From an uncultured Bacteroides sp. (lineage in GTDB: Bacteria; Bacteroidota; Bacteroidia; Bacteroidales; Bacteroidaceae), in the NCBI GenBank assembly GCA_948847595.1, contig CAQOGY010000014.1, positions 6,064-70,063 on the forward strand: a DNA stretch of 64,000 nt, given 5' to 3'. The notes below the pieces were generated by a model that had not been told where the DNA came from, ran no database searches, and saw nothing but the letters and a program-made list of their open reading frames with translations. The position numbers and the translations under genes were made by a program. This document shows positions 37,580-48,300 of this stretch, one piece after another. Numbering within the stretch: the first letter of the stretch is position 1; each line of letters starts with the position of its first letter.

Positions 37580-39136
37580 TTAATTTTTCTTAGCCCACCA
37601 TAAGTCGGTAGCGTCTGTATCTTGTCCGTTGGACAAGAAAGAACAAGCCTCCGTTACGTTAGTTCCGTTACTTGCATATTCATCTTCGGAGAAGCGCAGG
37701 CGGCGTTGCTGACGTTCTTTCGTAACCCCTTGCGTAGAGAGATTGTTGTAGGCAGGGAATACGCCAGGATATCCGGTACGGCGGAAGTCGGCCCATGTCT
37801 CATTTCCGATCGGGAAATTGGCAATCATCTTCTGCGTCAGGATGCGTTCGAGATTTTCCTCTTTTGCCTTTTCGCTGCTATCTGTGTTCCAGGCTACCGA
37901 CAGTTTGCATGAGTTTGAGTAGTTGTAGGCGGAGTTAGCCGGACATACATAGTCAGCAGGTACATTCGTTTTGTTGGCGATGTAGGTGTCGGCACCCGAA
38001 ATGCCATGTTCGCTGAATGACAGGCGGATACCTTCTTTATAGAACTCTTCGGCGGTTCCTCCCATAGTCCATCCCTTTAATGCACCTTCGGCTTTCAGGA
38101 AAGCTACTTCGGCTGCATTGAATATCAGCATGGGTGTCTTTGTTTCTACCTTGACAGTAGAATAAGTGGAGAACATATCCGTAGTGATGCCTTGTATGCC
38201 CGAACGTACACCGATATAGTCATAATCTCCGGATGCGGATGACTTGGTGAAGTATGCTTCACGGCGTGGGTCCTGATAGCCGTTCATGAAAGAAACGATA
38301 CAGGCGTTCGCACGAACTTCGCCCCATGAGTTGACACTGGCAAGTCCGTTCTTATAGTTGGTAGTAGTGATATTGTCATACGCGTCGTATTCATTGCTGT
38401 CCATCACTCCATACGGGTGTGCTACCGCTTCTTCCGCTTTTTCCTTCGCATATTCCGGAACGGCATTGCTGATACGGATGGCGATACGCAGCTTCAGAGA
38501 GTTGGCAAACTTGATCCATTTCTTGTAGTCGCCCTGATAGATACGGTCTTCCGTAGTCAGCTCATTGAAACTGGAGTCGGTATTCATCAATGACGTGAGT
38601 ACGTCAATGCTATAGTCAAGATCGTCCATCATCGCTTTCCAGGCAGTTTCCTCGTTATCATATCTTACGGAATATTGTCCGCTCTGAACCTGGGTATAAG
38701 GAAGGGGACCCTGCATGGAAGCGATAATCTGCATAATGTGTACCCGCATGATTTTAGCAAGTGCATAGTAGTGTCCCGAACCTTCCGTAAAGCGTTCGAT
38801 AGAGAAGTAGTTCGGATAGAAGTTCTTGAAATACCAGTCGACAGACCACTTATTCCAGTTGTCGTCTACATTATAGGTATAGAAGTGCTGGCTCCGGCTC
38901 CAGCTGCTGGTCGGAGTAAGCATACCACCGAACGGACCTGCCCAGAACGTGATGTTACGCTGTGAGGGGTTCTCTTCTGTGGAGGACATACACGTGATGA
39001 GTTGTGCAAACAACAGACGGGAGTTCAACACAGGCGGCTGATATTGGTTCGAATTAAATTCCTCGAATTTTCCCGTACAGTTGCACATGAGTAGTACGAG
39101 TAGTACTGAACATATAATTGGGGTTATTTTCTTCAT
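37580..39136 (-). CDS. SusD-like nutrient-binding lipoprotein
   Basis: CTGKFEEFN, GPLPY, KWIKFANSLKLR, AEVAFLKAEGAL, QKMIA, ETWADFRRTGYP. Confidence 0.95.
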   Translation of the reverse strand: MKKITPIICSVLLVLLMCNCTGKFEEFNSNQYQPPVLNSRLLFAQLITCMSSTEENPSQRNITFWAGPFGGMLTPTSSWSRSQHFYTYNVDDNWNKWSVDWYFKNFYPNYFSIERFTEGSGHYYALAKIMRVHIMQIIASMQGPLPYTQVQSGQYSVRYDNEETAWKAMMDDLDYSIDVLTSLMNTDSSFNELTTEDRIYQGDYKKWIKFANSLKLRIAIRISNAVPEYAKEKAEEAVAHPYGVMDSNEYDAYDNITTTNYKNGLASVNSWGEVRANACIVSFMNGYQDPRREAYFTKSSASGDYDYIGVRSGIQGITTDMFSTYSTVKVETKTPMLIFNAAEVAFLKAEGALKGWTMGGTAEEFYKEGIRLSFSEHGISGADTYIANKTNVPADYVCPANSAYNYSNSCKLSVAWNTDSSEKAKEENLERILTQKMIANFPIGNETWADFRRTGYPGVFPAYNNLSTQGVTKERQQRRLRFSEDEYASNGTNVTEACSFLSNGQDTDATDLWWAKKN

Positions 39137-39149
39137 GATTCTTTTCTGT

Positions 39150-42100
39150 TTAGAAATTAAGTTTTACGCTAAATCCGATATTACGTGTAGTAGGCTGCAT
39201 AAAGTAGTCATAGCTTTGATAGTAGTTAGACTGTGTAGATGCAGTTGCTTCCGGATCGAATGGAGCCTTGCAGTAAATCATCCAGAGGTTTTTTCCTACT
39301 AGTCCGACCGTCATTCTAAGTTTGTCCTGGAACCATTTCTGGGGCAGTGTATAGCTCAGATTCAATTCTGCCAAACGTACGTTGGTAGCACTGTAGGTGT
39401 AGTAAGCCGCATAACCTTTTACGGTATCAAAGTATTTTTCCGTATCCACGTATCCGTGATTGATCATGATACCACCGGCGTCACGATAGTCGGCAGTAAC
39501 TTTCGATACTCCATACTGGTCGAGCACACTCTGAGTGCCGGACAAGGCGATACCTCCGAAACGGGCGGTAAGGGTAACTCCCAGGTTGACGCCTTTGTAT
39601 GAGAAGTTATTGCTCCAGCCCATGTTTGATTTCGGCAGGATAGAACCCAGCTTGAACTCGTCTACTGATTCGATTTCAATTTTTCCTTCTTTGGATACAT
39701 AGACGTTGTTGTTACCGTCTCTCTTGATAAGATGAGTGGCATATACATCGCCGATGGAACCGCCTTTATACAGTTTGACACGTGCATCGAGGTTACCGAG
39801 CTGTCCCATGTCGTAATTATCTTTGGTGATCGGTTCTCCGGTCATCGGATTCACAGAACCTTCGGTCAGTTTGACGATCTTGTTCTTGTTCCATGAGAAT
39901 GTCAGATTGCTGTCCCAGGAGAAGCCACGCCATTGATTATTATAACCTAAAGCGATTTCCATACCTTCGTTGCGGACGTTACCACTCTGGATATATGCTT
40001 TGGAATATCCGGAAGAGATAGAAAGATCGGCAGTGAAAGTCTGGTTGATAGTGCTCGAACGGTAATAGGTCACATCAAAGGAAAGATGGTTGTTTAGCCA
40101 TTTGGAGTTGACTCCGACTTCCCATGAACGGGTCTTTTCCGGTTTCAGGTTGCGTACCGGATAGATAGAAGTGGAGGACCACTTTCCGGAAGCGATATTG
40201 AACTCATAAGTAGGACGCGTAATGAAGCGTTCGAAAGACGTACCTACTTCTGTATAAGAGCCACGCACCTTCAGGTAAGAAAGCCAGTCCGGCAGTTTCA
40301 CCATGCTCGAAATGATGCCTGATAAACCTACGGAAGGATAGAAGAAAGAAGATGCTTCGGAAAATGCCAGTTGCGATTCCCAGTCATTACGTCCGGTAGC
40401 TGTCAGATACAACATACTTTTGTAGCCCACCTCCGCATTGATGAATACACCTTGCGACTGCTGGATATATCCGGACTGGATTCTTCTGTATTTGGCGGAC
40501 GTATCGATATTGTGTACGGCAAAGAAGTTGTAGATGCCTTCCAGATTACCGCCATGACCGATCTGTTCTTCTCTCTGGTCGTTGATAGATGCACCGATAT
40601 TGGCATTCACCGACCAGGTGTTGTCTTTGAATGTCTTTGCTATGTTCAGCATGATATCTCCATAGAAACTGCTGTATTCTTTGCGGATATCGTAGTAGCC
40701 TCCGTAAGCGCTGGCAAACTGTTCGATAGTGGAAGCATAACGCTTGTCTGTAGAACGCATATCTGTCTTGTCATATTTCAGACGTCCGGTGATATCGATA
40801 CCTTCAATGATATTCCATTTCAGAGAGGCGTTGGTCATGAAACGTTTCTTCTTGTTTTCGCGGATGATGCGGTTCATCGTCCAGTAAGGATTCTGCAGCT
40901 CCATACTTTGTGTTTCATAAGGCCAGTACTGTTCGTAAATGCCTAAACCTTCATTATAGCGTTCGTACATACGGACTGCATCAAAGTTCTCCGCACGTGG
41001 AAATAAGTAGAGGGAGGTCAGCGGATTGAAATAACGTCCCTGCGCTGTCATGTTTCTGTCGTTCTGGAAGATCAGGTTAGCTCCGAAATCCAGCGTCAGT
41101 TTGTCGTTCAGGAAACTGGCGGTATTGCGTCCGGACACATTGTAACGTTCATATTTGTTGTTCGGAAGGATACCGGTTGAGTTCGTCGCAGAGACAGAAA
41201 CGTAGGTCTGATTCTTTGATGTACCTGTAGAGAGCGATACCGAGTTAATGGTATTCACGCCTGTCCGGAAGAAATTGGAAGGATCGTAGTTGCTGTTTAC
41301 GACGTCGCCCCAACTGGCGAACTGCCCGTCTTTATTGCCATATTTGCTTTGCATCTTAGGCAACATAGTAGCATTGGAGAAGATGGTACTGCTTGATACG
41401 CTTACATTCGTCTTATCCTTCGTTCCTTTTTTGGTATTGATAAGCACTACACCGGAAGCGGCTGCATTACCATAAAGTGCTGCGGCTGCGGGCCCGGTCA
41501 ACATATTGATGGATTCGATATCTTCCGGGTTGATATCGGCAACGGCATCACTACCCGGCTGATCAGCCGTAATACCGGTATCGCTCGATTCGTTCACCAC
41601 GTTGAACATTGGAATACCGTCGATAACGTAAAGTGCATTGTTCGATTTGGTGATAGATTTCACACCACGCATTACTACACGGGCGGCAGATCCTGCACCC
41701 GATGCGGAAGAGTTGATGGTCACACCCGCTACCTTACCGTTCAGTGAGTTCATGAAGTTCGGGTCTTTCACGGTAGTGATATCGTCAGAGCTTAGCTGCT
41801 GCACGTTGTAGCTCAGCGCCTTCTCCGAACGTTTGATACCCAAAGCGGTGACTACCACCTGATCCAGTTCGGTAGCAGATTCGCTCAGTGTGATGTTCAG
41901 TTTCGACTGACCGTTGAATACGATGTTCTGTGTCTGAAAACCGACATAAGATACGGTTAATACATCACCGATATATACATTGCTCAGACGAAAATCACCA
42001 TCGATCGAAGTAATCGTTCCCTGTCCGTTTTTGGTAGCGATAGAGGCGCCGATCACCGGACCGGATGCATCGTTTATTACTCCGGTGACGGTATAGGCCT

Positions 42101-42482
42101 TTTTCTGTTCGTCGGCTGTTTTCTTGAGAAACAAGACAATGCGCTTTTCGGTAATCCGGTAATCTATCGAAGTGCTTTTCAGTAAAGTACTTACGATTTG
42201 ATTAATGTCATTCGAAGTCATCTTTATTGACGTCTTCTGACTGGTGTTGATATCACTGTTGTAAAAGAAAGAATATCCACTTTGCTTTTCGATACTCTCG
42301 ATTATTTTGGTAATGGGAGTATTTGTGAAATCCAGCTTGATGTCTCGCTTCGTAGTCTGTGCGAAAGCAAAACAGGGGATCATTAAAAGTAATATTGCCG
42401 TACAGATGCTTTTTTTAAGCTCTTTCATGGAAGTGTGGCAACATTTTTGATAAGAAATTTGGTACTTTCTTAAGTTTGTCAT
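39150..42482 (-). CDS. SusC/RagA TonB-dependent transporter with N-terminal STN signalling domain
   Basis: IESIEKQSGYSFFYN (STN), VVVTALGIKR, GPAAAALYG, LKPEKTRSWEVG, C-terminal Phe. Confidence 0.97.
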   Translation of the reverse strand: MTNLRKYQISYQKCCHTSMKELKKSICTAILLLMIPCFAFAQTTKRDIKLDFTNTPITKIIESIEKQSGYSFFYNSDINTSQKTSIKMTSNDINQIVSTLLKSTSIDYRITEKRIVLFLKKTADEQKKAYTVTGVINDASGPVIGASIATKNGQGTITSIDGDFRLSNVYIGDVLTVSYVGFQTQNIVFNGQSKLNITLSESATELDQVVVTALGIKRSEKALSYNVQQLSSDDITTVKDPNFMNSLNGKVAGVTINSSASGAGSAARVVMRGVKSITKSNNALYVIDGIPMFNVVNESSDTGITADQPGSDAVADINPEDIESINMLTGPAAAALYGNAAASGVVLINTKKGTKDKTNVSVSSSTIFSNATMLPKMQSKYGNKDGQFASWGDVVNSNYDPSNFFRTGVNTINSVSLSTGTSKNQTYVSVSATNSTGILPNNKYERYNVSGRNTASFLNDKLTLDFGANLIFQNDRNMTAQGRYFNPLTSLYLFPRAENFDAVRMYERYNEGLGIYEQYWPYETQSMELQNPYWTMNRIIRENKKKRFMTNASLKWNIIEGIDITGRLKYDKTDMRSTDKRYASTIEQFASAYGGYYDIRKEYSSFYGDIMLNIAKTFKDNTWSVNANIGASINDQREEQIGHGGNLEGIYNFFAVHNIDTSAKYRRIQSGYIQQSQGVFINAEVGYKSMLYLTATGRNDWESQLAFSEASSFFYPSVGLSGIISSMVKLPDWLSYLKVRGSYTEVGTSFERFITRPTYEFNIASGKWSSTSIYPVRNLKPEKTRSWEVGVNSKWLNNHLSFDVTYYRSSTINQTFTADLSISSGYSKAYIQSGNVRNEGMEIALGYNNQWRGFSWDSNLTFSWNKNKIVKLTEGSVNPMTGEPITKDNYDMGQLGNLDARVKLYKGGSIGDVYATHLIKRDGNNNVYVSKEGKIEIESVDEFKLGSILPKSNMGWSNNFSYKGVNLGVTLTARFGGIALSGTQSVLDQYGVSKVTADYRDAGGIMINHGYVDTEKYFDTVKGYAAYYTYSATNVRLAELNLSYTLPQKWFQDKLRMTVGLVGKNLWMIYCKAPFDPEATASTQSNYYQSYDYFMQPTTRNIGFSVKLNF

Positions 42483-42484
42483 AC

Positions 42485-42586
42485 TTTTATAAATTAGAAA
42501 TTAAGGATTGTGGCAACTTGGTGTCGCCATGATTTTTACGAAGTCTTAGAAGCGAGAAGATACTGGTACTATTTTCTCGCTTTTTC
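42485..42586 (+). ncRNA. Candidate cis-antisense sRNA in the susC leader (DonS-like)
   Basis: Plus-strand TTTG(42446)-N21-TAAGTTTG(42471) promoter facing hairpin AAGCGAGAAGATA..TATTTTCTCGCTT-TTT (42550-42585); ends approximate. Confidence 0.55.
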
Positions 42587-42644
42587 TGTGTTTTCTACAG
42601 TATTACGTCATAGGCCATTTGTTTTTTAAGTTTTACAATTCTGT

Positions 42645-43541
42645 TTATTTTAGTATTATATTTTTCCCTTTCCGTTCGTACTTGAATGGAGTACTGGTCT
42701 GCATGGTTTTTAAGATAGACTCAAGTGACTCATTCGTGTAAAACTCTCCGGTGAAGGATTTTCCAATCAGTTCATCATTCATGATGATGATTTTGACGTT
42801 AAACAGATGTTCCATACGCTGGCAGATATCGAGCAATGGCGTTTCTGACAATACCCATACATTCTGTGTCCATCGTATCTCACGACTAGCGTTGCTCAGT
42901 TCCGTGAGCAGCATATTACCGCTGTTGACATCATATCTTAGCTGTTGGCTGGGTTTCATCAACATCTGCCTCTTTTCGTTGCTGACCTCGATAGAACCTT
43001 CCAGCAAGGTTGCCGTAATCTGCGGAGACTGTGAGCTGGCATTGACCGTGAACTTTGTTCCCAATACTCTGATTTTCAGTTCTCCGGCACGTACAATGAA
43101 TGGATGTTTCTTATCATGCTTTACATTAAAGTACGCTTCCCCTTCCAAAAACACTTCCCTCGAATCGCCCGCGAAACGTTCCGGGTAGATTAGTTTGGAG
43201 TGATTGTTCAACTGAATCACAGTTCCATCTGGCAGTGGCACATTCTGTACGATTCCGCTGTTGTTACTTTTTATAATGAACGAAGGATCTGAATCCAGCA
43301 TCATGTATAGCCATCCGCTCATTGCAATCAACAGGGCTACTGTCGCAGCAGCGAGCCATACCCGGTATTGATGGGTGCGTCGGCGGAAAATGTCAATGGA
43401 ATTGTTGTCGGTTTGGATTCGTGTCATCAGTCGGGAGAAAGATTTTTCTGCCGAGTGATCTTTACCTGGACTTGGTGATCGCAGTTCGATACTGTTGATC
43501 AACTCATCCATTTTCATTGTTTCTTCTTTTTCAGTGCGCAT
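42645..43541 (-). CDS. FecR family anti-sigma factor
   Basis: TM WLAAATVALLIAMSGWL, LPDGTVIQLN, REVFLEGEAYF, VLGTKF, LLEGSI. Confidence 0.95.
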   Translation of the reverse strand: MRTEKEETMKMDELINSIELRSPSPGKDHSAEKSFSRLMTRIQTDNNSIDIFRRRTHQYRVWLAAATVALLIAMSGWLYMMLDSDPSFIIKSNNSGIVQNVPLPDGTVIQLNNHSKLIYPERFAGDSREVFLEGEAYFNVKHDKKHPFIVRAGELKIRVLGTKFTVNASSQSPQITATLLEGSIEVSNEKRQMLMKPSQQLRYDVNSGNMLLTELSNASREIRWTQNVWVLSETPLLDICQRMEHLFNVKIIIMNDELIGKSFTGEFYTNESLESILKTMQTSTPFKYERKGKNIILK

Positions 43542-43622
43542 CTTTTTTTCTTGTTTTCTAAAGCTTTATACTATATAGAAAACTCAAGGTGCAAAACTAC
43601 TAAAAGGAAAATGCACTTTTTT

Positions 43623-44192
43623 TTAAATTTTTTCTAGAAATGGCTTAATTGCTTCCTTTATTTTGGCTTTGGCGAGTAAAAGTTGCCGTTCTACGGTGCA
43701 TAGCTTCACATTCAGTGTTTCTGCAATCTCCCGATGATTCATCTCATCTTCCTTTGCCATTTTAAAGATGATACGGCAGCGTTCGGGCAGCGAGATGATG
43801 GCTTGTTTCACGGCATGATGCAGTTCCTTATAAGAAAGTTCGTCCAAGGGGGTCTCAGTTGATATGTTTATCTGCAATTCGGTGTCGGGGATATCGTCTC
43901 TCTTTGAGATATATCCGCTTTTCAGTACGTTGAGGCATCCGTTGCGTACTGCCTGATAGATGTACGGGTGAAAGTTGGGAATGGAAGTCAGCATACTTCT
44001 CTCTTTCCAGATAACAAAGAAAACATCTCCTATCACATCTTCCGATGCGGCTTCCGAATGAAGGAACAACATGGCAAAGTTGAACAACCGGTCGTAATAA
44101 TGCATATACAACGTACGAAAAGCCTGAGAATCGCCTTCAGATACTAATTTTAGTATCTGTCCCTCATTTTCTATACGTTGATTCTTGTTCAT
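43623..44192 (-). CDS. ECF RNA polymerase sigma-70 factor
   Basis: GDSQAFRTLY, SEDVIGDVFFVIW, LPERCRIIF..EIAETLNV..TVERQL. Confidence 0.95.
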   Translation of the reverse strand: MNKNQRIENEGQILKLVSEGDSQAFRTLYMHYYDRLFNFAMLFLHSEAASEDVIGDVFFVIWKERSMLTSIPNFHPYIYQAVRNGCLNVLKSGYISKRDDIPDTELQINISTETPLDELSYKELHHAVKQAIISLPERCRIIFKMAKEDEMNHREIAETLNVKLCTVERQLLLAKAKIKEAIKPFLEKI

Positions 44193-44415
44193 AGGTTCTT
44201 CTCTCTTGTTATAGTAGAAGGTTGTGGTTTTAACAGCTACAAAGAAACATACTTTATTTTATTTTTCCTAGCTCTTTTCCCGGGAGTATTTTATTTTTTC
44301 TTTTCACATAGCAAACTTTATGTTGATTTTTGGAAGTATTATAGTGATTTTTGAACATCTGTTCTCCTTGTCTATGCGTACTTTTGCGATCAAAACCCAC
44401 TAATTATCAATCATT

Positions 44416-45381
44416 ATGCTACTACCAAGAAAAATTGTATTTTTCCTTTTTTTATTTGTCGGATTATCGTTGTATGCACAACAAAACTATCTTATCAGTT
44501 CGTATGTGCGAGGTAATTTCTACAATCGCGGGCGTATTTCTGCCGAAAGTTTAAGGGCGAGTGACGATCTGATTTTCCTGAACGTTCGTCCGAATAAAGA
44601 CGGATCACTTTCGTTTGAGAATCCCCGTATTTTTGAGAATGGGAAAGGGGTGACTAGCTGGGAGGAATTGATAAAGTCTGTTCGTGCGGATGTGAAAGGA
44701 ACAAAGACAAAGTTACGTTTGGGCGCTGCCAGTGGAGAATGGAAAGCGATGGTAGCTGACGAGGCTGCCCGTGCTGCATTTGCCAAAAACATAAAGAAGA
44801 TACTGGAAAAGAATAAGCTCGATGGCATCGACCTGGATTTTGAATGGGCGGAGACTGAGAAGGAATATGAAGATTATAGTCAGGCTATTCTGAAAATGAG
44901 AGAGGTGTTGGGAGATAAATATTTGTTCAGCGTGTCTCTGCATCCTGTGTGCTATAAGATTAGTAAGGAGGCGATTGCTGCGGTCGATTTCATTTCTTAT
45001 CAATGTTACGGTCCTTCGCCGGTTCGCTTCCCGATGGAGAAATACTGTTCGGATATACAGATGGCGTTAGCTTATGGCATTCCGAAGGAGAAGCTGGTGG
45101 CAGGCGTTCCTTTTTATGGCGTGACAAAAGATGGTTCAAAGAAGACTGAGGCTTACTTCAGTTTTGTACAGGACGGGCTGATTACAGGTCCGGCACAAAA
45201 CGAAGTAACCTATAAGGGAGACGTGTATGTCTTTGACGGGCAAGATAATATCCGTGCCAAGACACGTTATGCGATGGACCAGCAACTGAAAGGAATGATG
45301 AGCTGGGACTTGGCTACGGATATGCCGTTGAATGACAGCAGATCGTTGTTTAAGACGATGGTGGAGGAGTTGGGGAGGTGA
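44416..45381 (+). CDS. GH18 chitinase-like glycoside hydrolase
   Basis: LDGIDLDFEW, KLVAGVPFYG, GMMSWDL; signal peptide. Confidence 0.92.
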   Translation: MLLPRKIVFFLFLFVGLSLYAQQNYLISSYVRGNFYNRGRISAESLRASDDLIFLNVRPNKDGSLSFENPRIFENGKGVTSWEELIKSVRADVKGTKTKLRLGAASGEWKAMVADEAARAAFAKNIKKILEKNKLDGIDLDFEWAETEKEYEDYSQAILKMREVLGDKYLFSVSLHPVCYKISKEAIAAVDFISYQCYGPSPVRFPMEKYCSDIQMALAYGIPKEKLVAGVPFYGVTKDGSKKTEAYFSFVQDGLITGPAQNEVTYKGDVYVFDGQDNIRAKTRYAMDQQLKGMMSWDLATDMPLNDSRSLFKTMVEELGR

Positions 45382-48300
45382 ACTGCTTCAGATAATCTGA
45401 AGGGGAGACACCAAACTCATCTTTAAAGCATTGACGGAAATAGCCTGTACTGTTCATTCCTATTTTATAGGCTATTTCCGAGATATTATATTTTCCTTCG
45501 AGGAGTAACCGTTCCGCATTCTGCATCTTTACTTTCCGGATGTACTCGTTCGTTGAAAGTCCGGTCAGCGCTTTCATCTTCCGGTAGAGCGTAGAGCCGC
45601 TCATACACATCTTGTCGGACAGATAAGTGATATCAATCTTTTCCGAAGAGAGGTTGTCCTCAACCAGTTGCGTGATTTTCTCAATAAATTCGTTATCCAG
45701 TTTGCTGAGTGCTTCCGTGATTATGGAACGCTTTTCATCCAAATGAGAATTGGGGTTATGACTCGTTCCGGTTTGCTGGAATTGAGCAATCAGTTTCTTT
45801 CTCGAATCGAGCAGATTGTTGATGCGGCTACGCAACAGTGAAGCACTGAAAGGCTTGGTCAGATAAGAGTCTGCTCCCACTTCGTATCCTTCTTCTTTAT
45901 CCTGCAATGAATCTTTGGCCGTTAACAGGATGACAGGGATGTGGCTGGTACGCACATCCTCTTTTAGTTGGCGGCATAGCGTGATGCCATCCATTACCGG
46001 CATCATGATATCACTCACTATAATATCGGGAATGCGGTTGAGTGCCTGCTGTTTCCCTTTTTCACCGTTATTGCCTGTGATCACTTCGAAGGAGTCGGAG
46101 AAAGATTCGGCGATGTAATTCTGTATTTCTTCGTTGTCTTCTACAACCAGCAGGATAGGTTTGCTGTTCTCCGTTGCTGCGGTTTGAGAGTCATCCGTGA
46201 TTGCTTCCTGATCTTCCGGTTTTTCTTTTGTTTCAGTGGAGTCAGTATGTAAGGCGTTCGGGTAGATGTTGTCCGTCAGTAAGCTGATATAGAAAGTACT
46301 TCCTTCATTTGGCGTACTCTCTACGCGTATATCTCCTTCATGCAGTTCCACCAGATTTCTCACTAATGCCAGTCCGATGCCGGTACCTGATGCCTGATGT
46401 TTCCCGCTTTCCTGATAATAACGGTCGAAGATATGAGGCAGGGCTTCCGCAGAGATGCCGTAGCCTGTATCGCTGACCTTTATCTCTGTATACGAAACCT
46501 CATTTCTTGTCGTTTGACACAAACTGAGAGTGACGCGCCCCTGTTCTGTATACTTGATGGCATTGGATATCAGATTATCCAGTATAATAGTAATGATCTC
46601 TTTATCAAAGAATAGAAGCATTTCTTCTTTTTCTGTCTGAATACGGAAATCAATTTTCGGCTTCTGATTCAGTTCTTTGTACTTAAGTCCTATCTCATAG
46701 ATAAGCGGAGTGAGATTGCCTTTGCAGACACACAGCTTCTTGTTCTGTGTTTCCGTTTTCCTGAACTCCAGAATCTGATTGATCAGATTAAGCAAACGAA
46801 GAGCGCTTTGATGAATAACAGACAATTTCTGTACCTGCTTTGTCGGCAGGGAGGTATCTTTTTGCATATCCTCCAGAGGACCGAGAATCAATGTGAGCGG
46901 TGTGCGCAATTCATGCGTTATGTTGGTGTAGAAGCGCAGGCGTTCCTGATTCAATTCCTGTTCCTGTTCATGATTCTTCTTTTCCAGCGTGTAGAGGCTT
47001 TCCAAATCTATTTTCTTTTTGTAAGCGTGTATGATGAGATAAATGATGCTGATAGATATTAGGATATAGATAAGCTTCGCCCACCACGTCAGCCACATAG
47101 GGGGATTGATCCGGATGATAAGGGAAGTCGCTTCTTCCGGCCACTCCTGATTGTGTATGCGTGCTTTGATAAGGAACTCATATTTACCGGGCGGAATATT
47201 TCGGAAAGTTACACTATTGTTCTCATTAACGGTATACCAGGAGTTTTCAAGTCCTTTCAGCATATAGGTGTACTCCATTTGATTCACGAAGGAATAGTTT
47301 TGCACATTGAATGTCAGACTGAATGTATTCTGTTCATGTGTCAGTTCCACTTCCCGTTTCTCGGATAGTGAAACAAATGCCTCACTGTTCTCTTGGGTTC
47401 CCAGCCGTTCGAATATCTTCATTTCGGTGATGATCACAGGGGGGATCTTGAACTCGCTCATCGCAATATTGGGAGCAAAGCAGCAGAGTCCGTTGATAGA
47501 TCCGAAATAGATGGAACCATCCGTATTCTTTGCCACACTGGCTCTCATAAAGTTTCCGGCGGGGACATCATCTGAGTGGCCGTAGTAATAGAACCGTTTC
47601 TTCTTTGTCACGTAACATCCGATTCCCTTGTTGGTGCTGAACCAGATATTCCCTTGCTGGTCTTCGGTAATTGCCTGGATAAAGGTATTGGCAAAACCGT
47701 CTTTACGTTGATAGGTTTGGTAATCCGTATCTTCCGGCGAACGAAAGCATACCAGTCCGTCACCGGTAGCGACCCATATTCTTTTCTCCTTGTCCTCATA
47801 GATTTGATTGATGGTATTGGAACAGAATCCTTCTCTCTGTATATAATGCTTGATCAGATGAAAATCCGGGCTATATACTCCCATGCCGTCGCCGAACGTT
47901 CCGATCCAGAAACGTCCTTTGTCATCTTGTTCAATGGTACGGATGAGGTTGCCGTGCAGTTCGCTGTTGCCGGAATGATAGTGCTGTATCACTTCCATCT
48001 TGTCCGGATCATAGATGTATATGCCTTCACTGCACCCTATCCAGATACGGTGCTGATTGTCTTCACAGAAAGTACGGATATCCAAATTGGCTCTTCCCAT
48101 TGGAGTGATCGAGCGGAATGTCTTTGTCTGGGGATTATAGAGACTGACACTTCCCTGAAAAGTGCCGAACCATAAATTTCCCTTCGAATCCTGGAAAGCG
48201 GTCTGTACGGAATTGGATAGCAGCTCTCCTGTTTCTTTTTTATAGATAGCCACGCGCTTGTTATTCTCGAAGACATTGATGCCTCCTCCATCCGTACCGA

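Noticed and set aside
43360..43541. Truncated N-terminus of FecR
   Set aside because: The cytoplasmic part looks short, but anti-sigma N-termini vary widely and no frameshift is evident.
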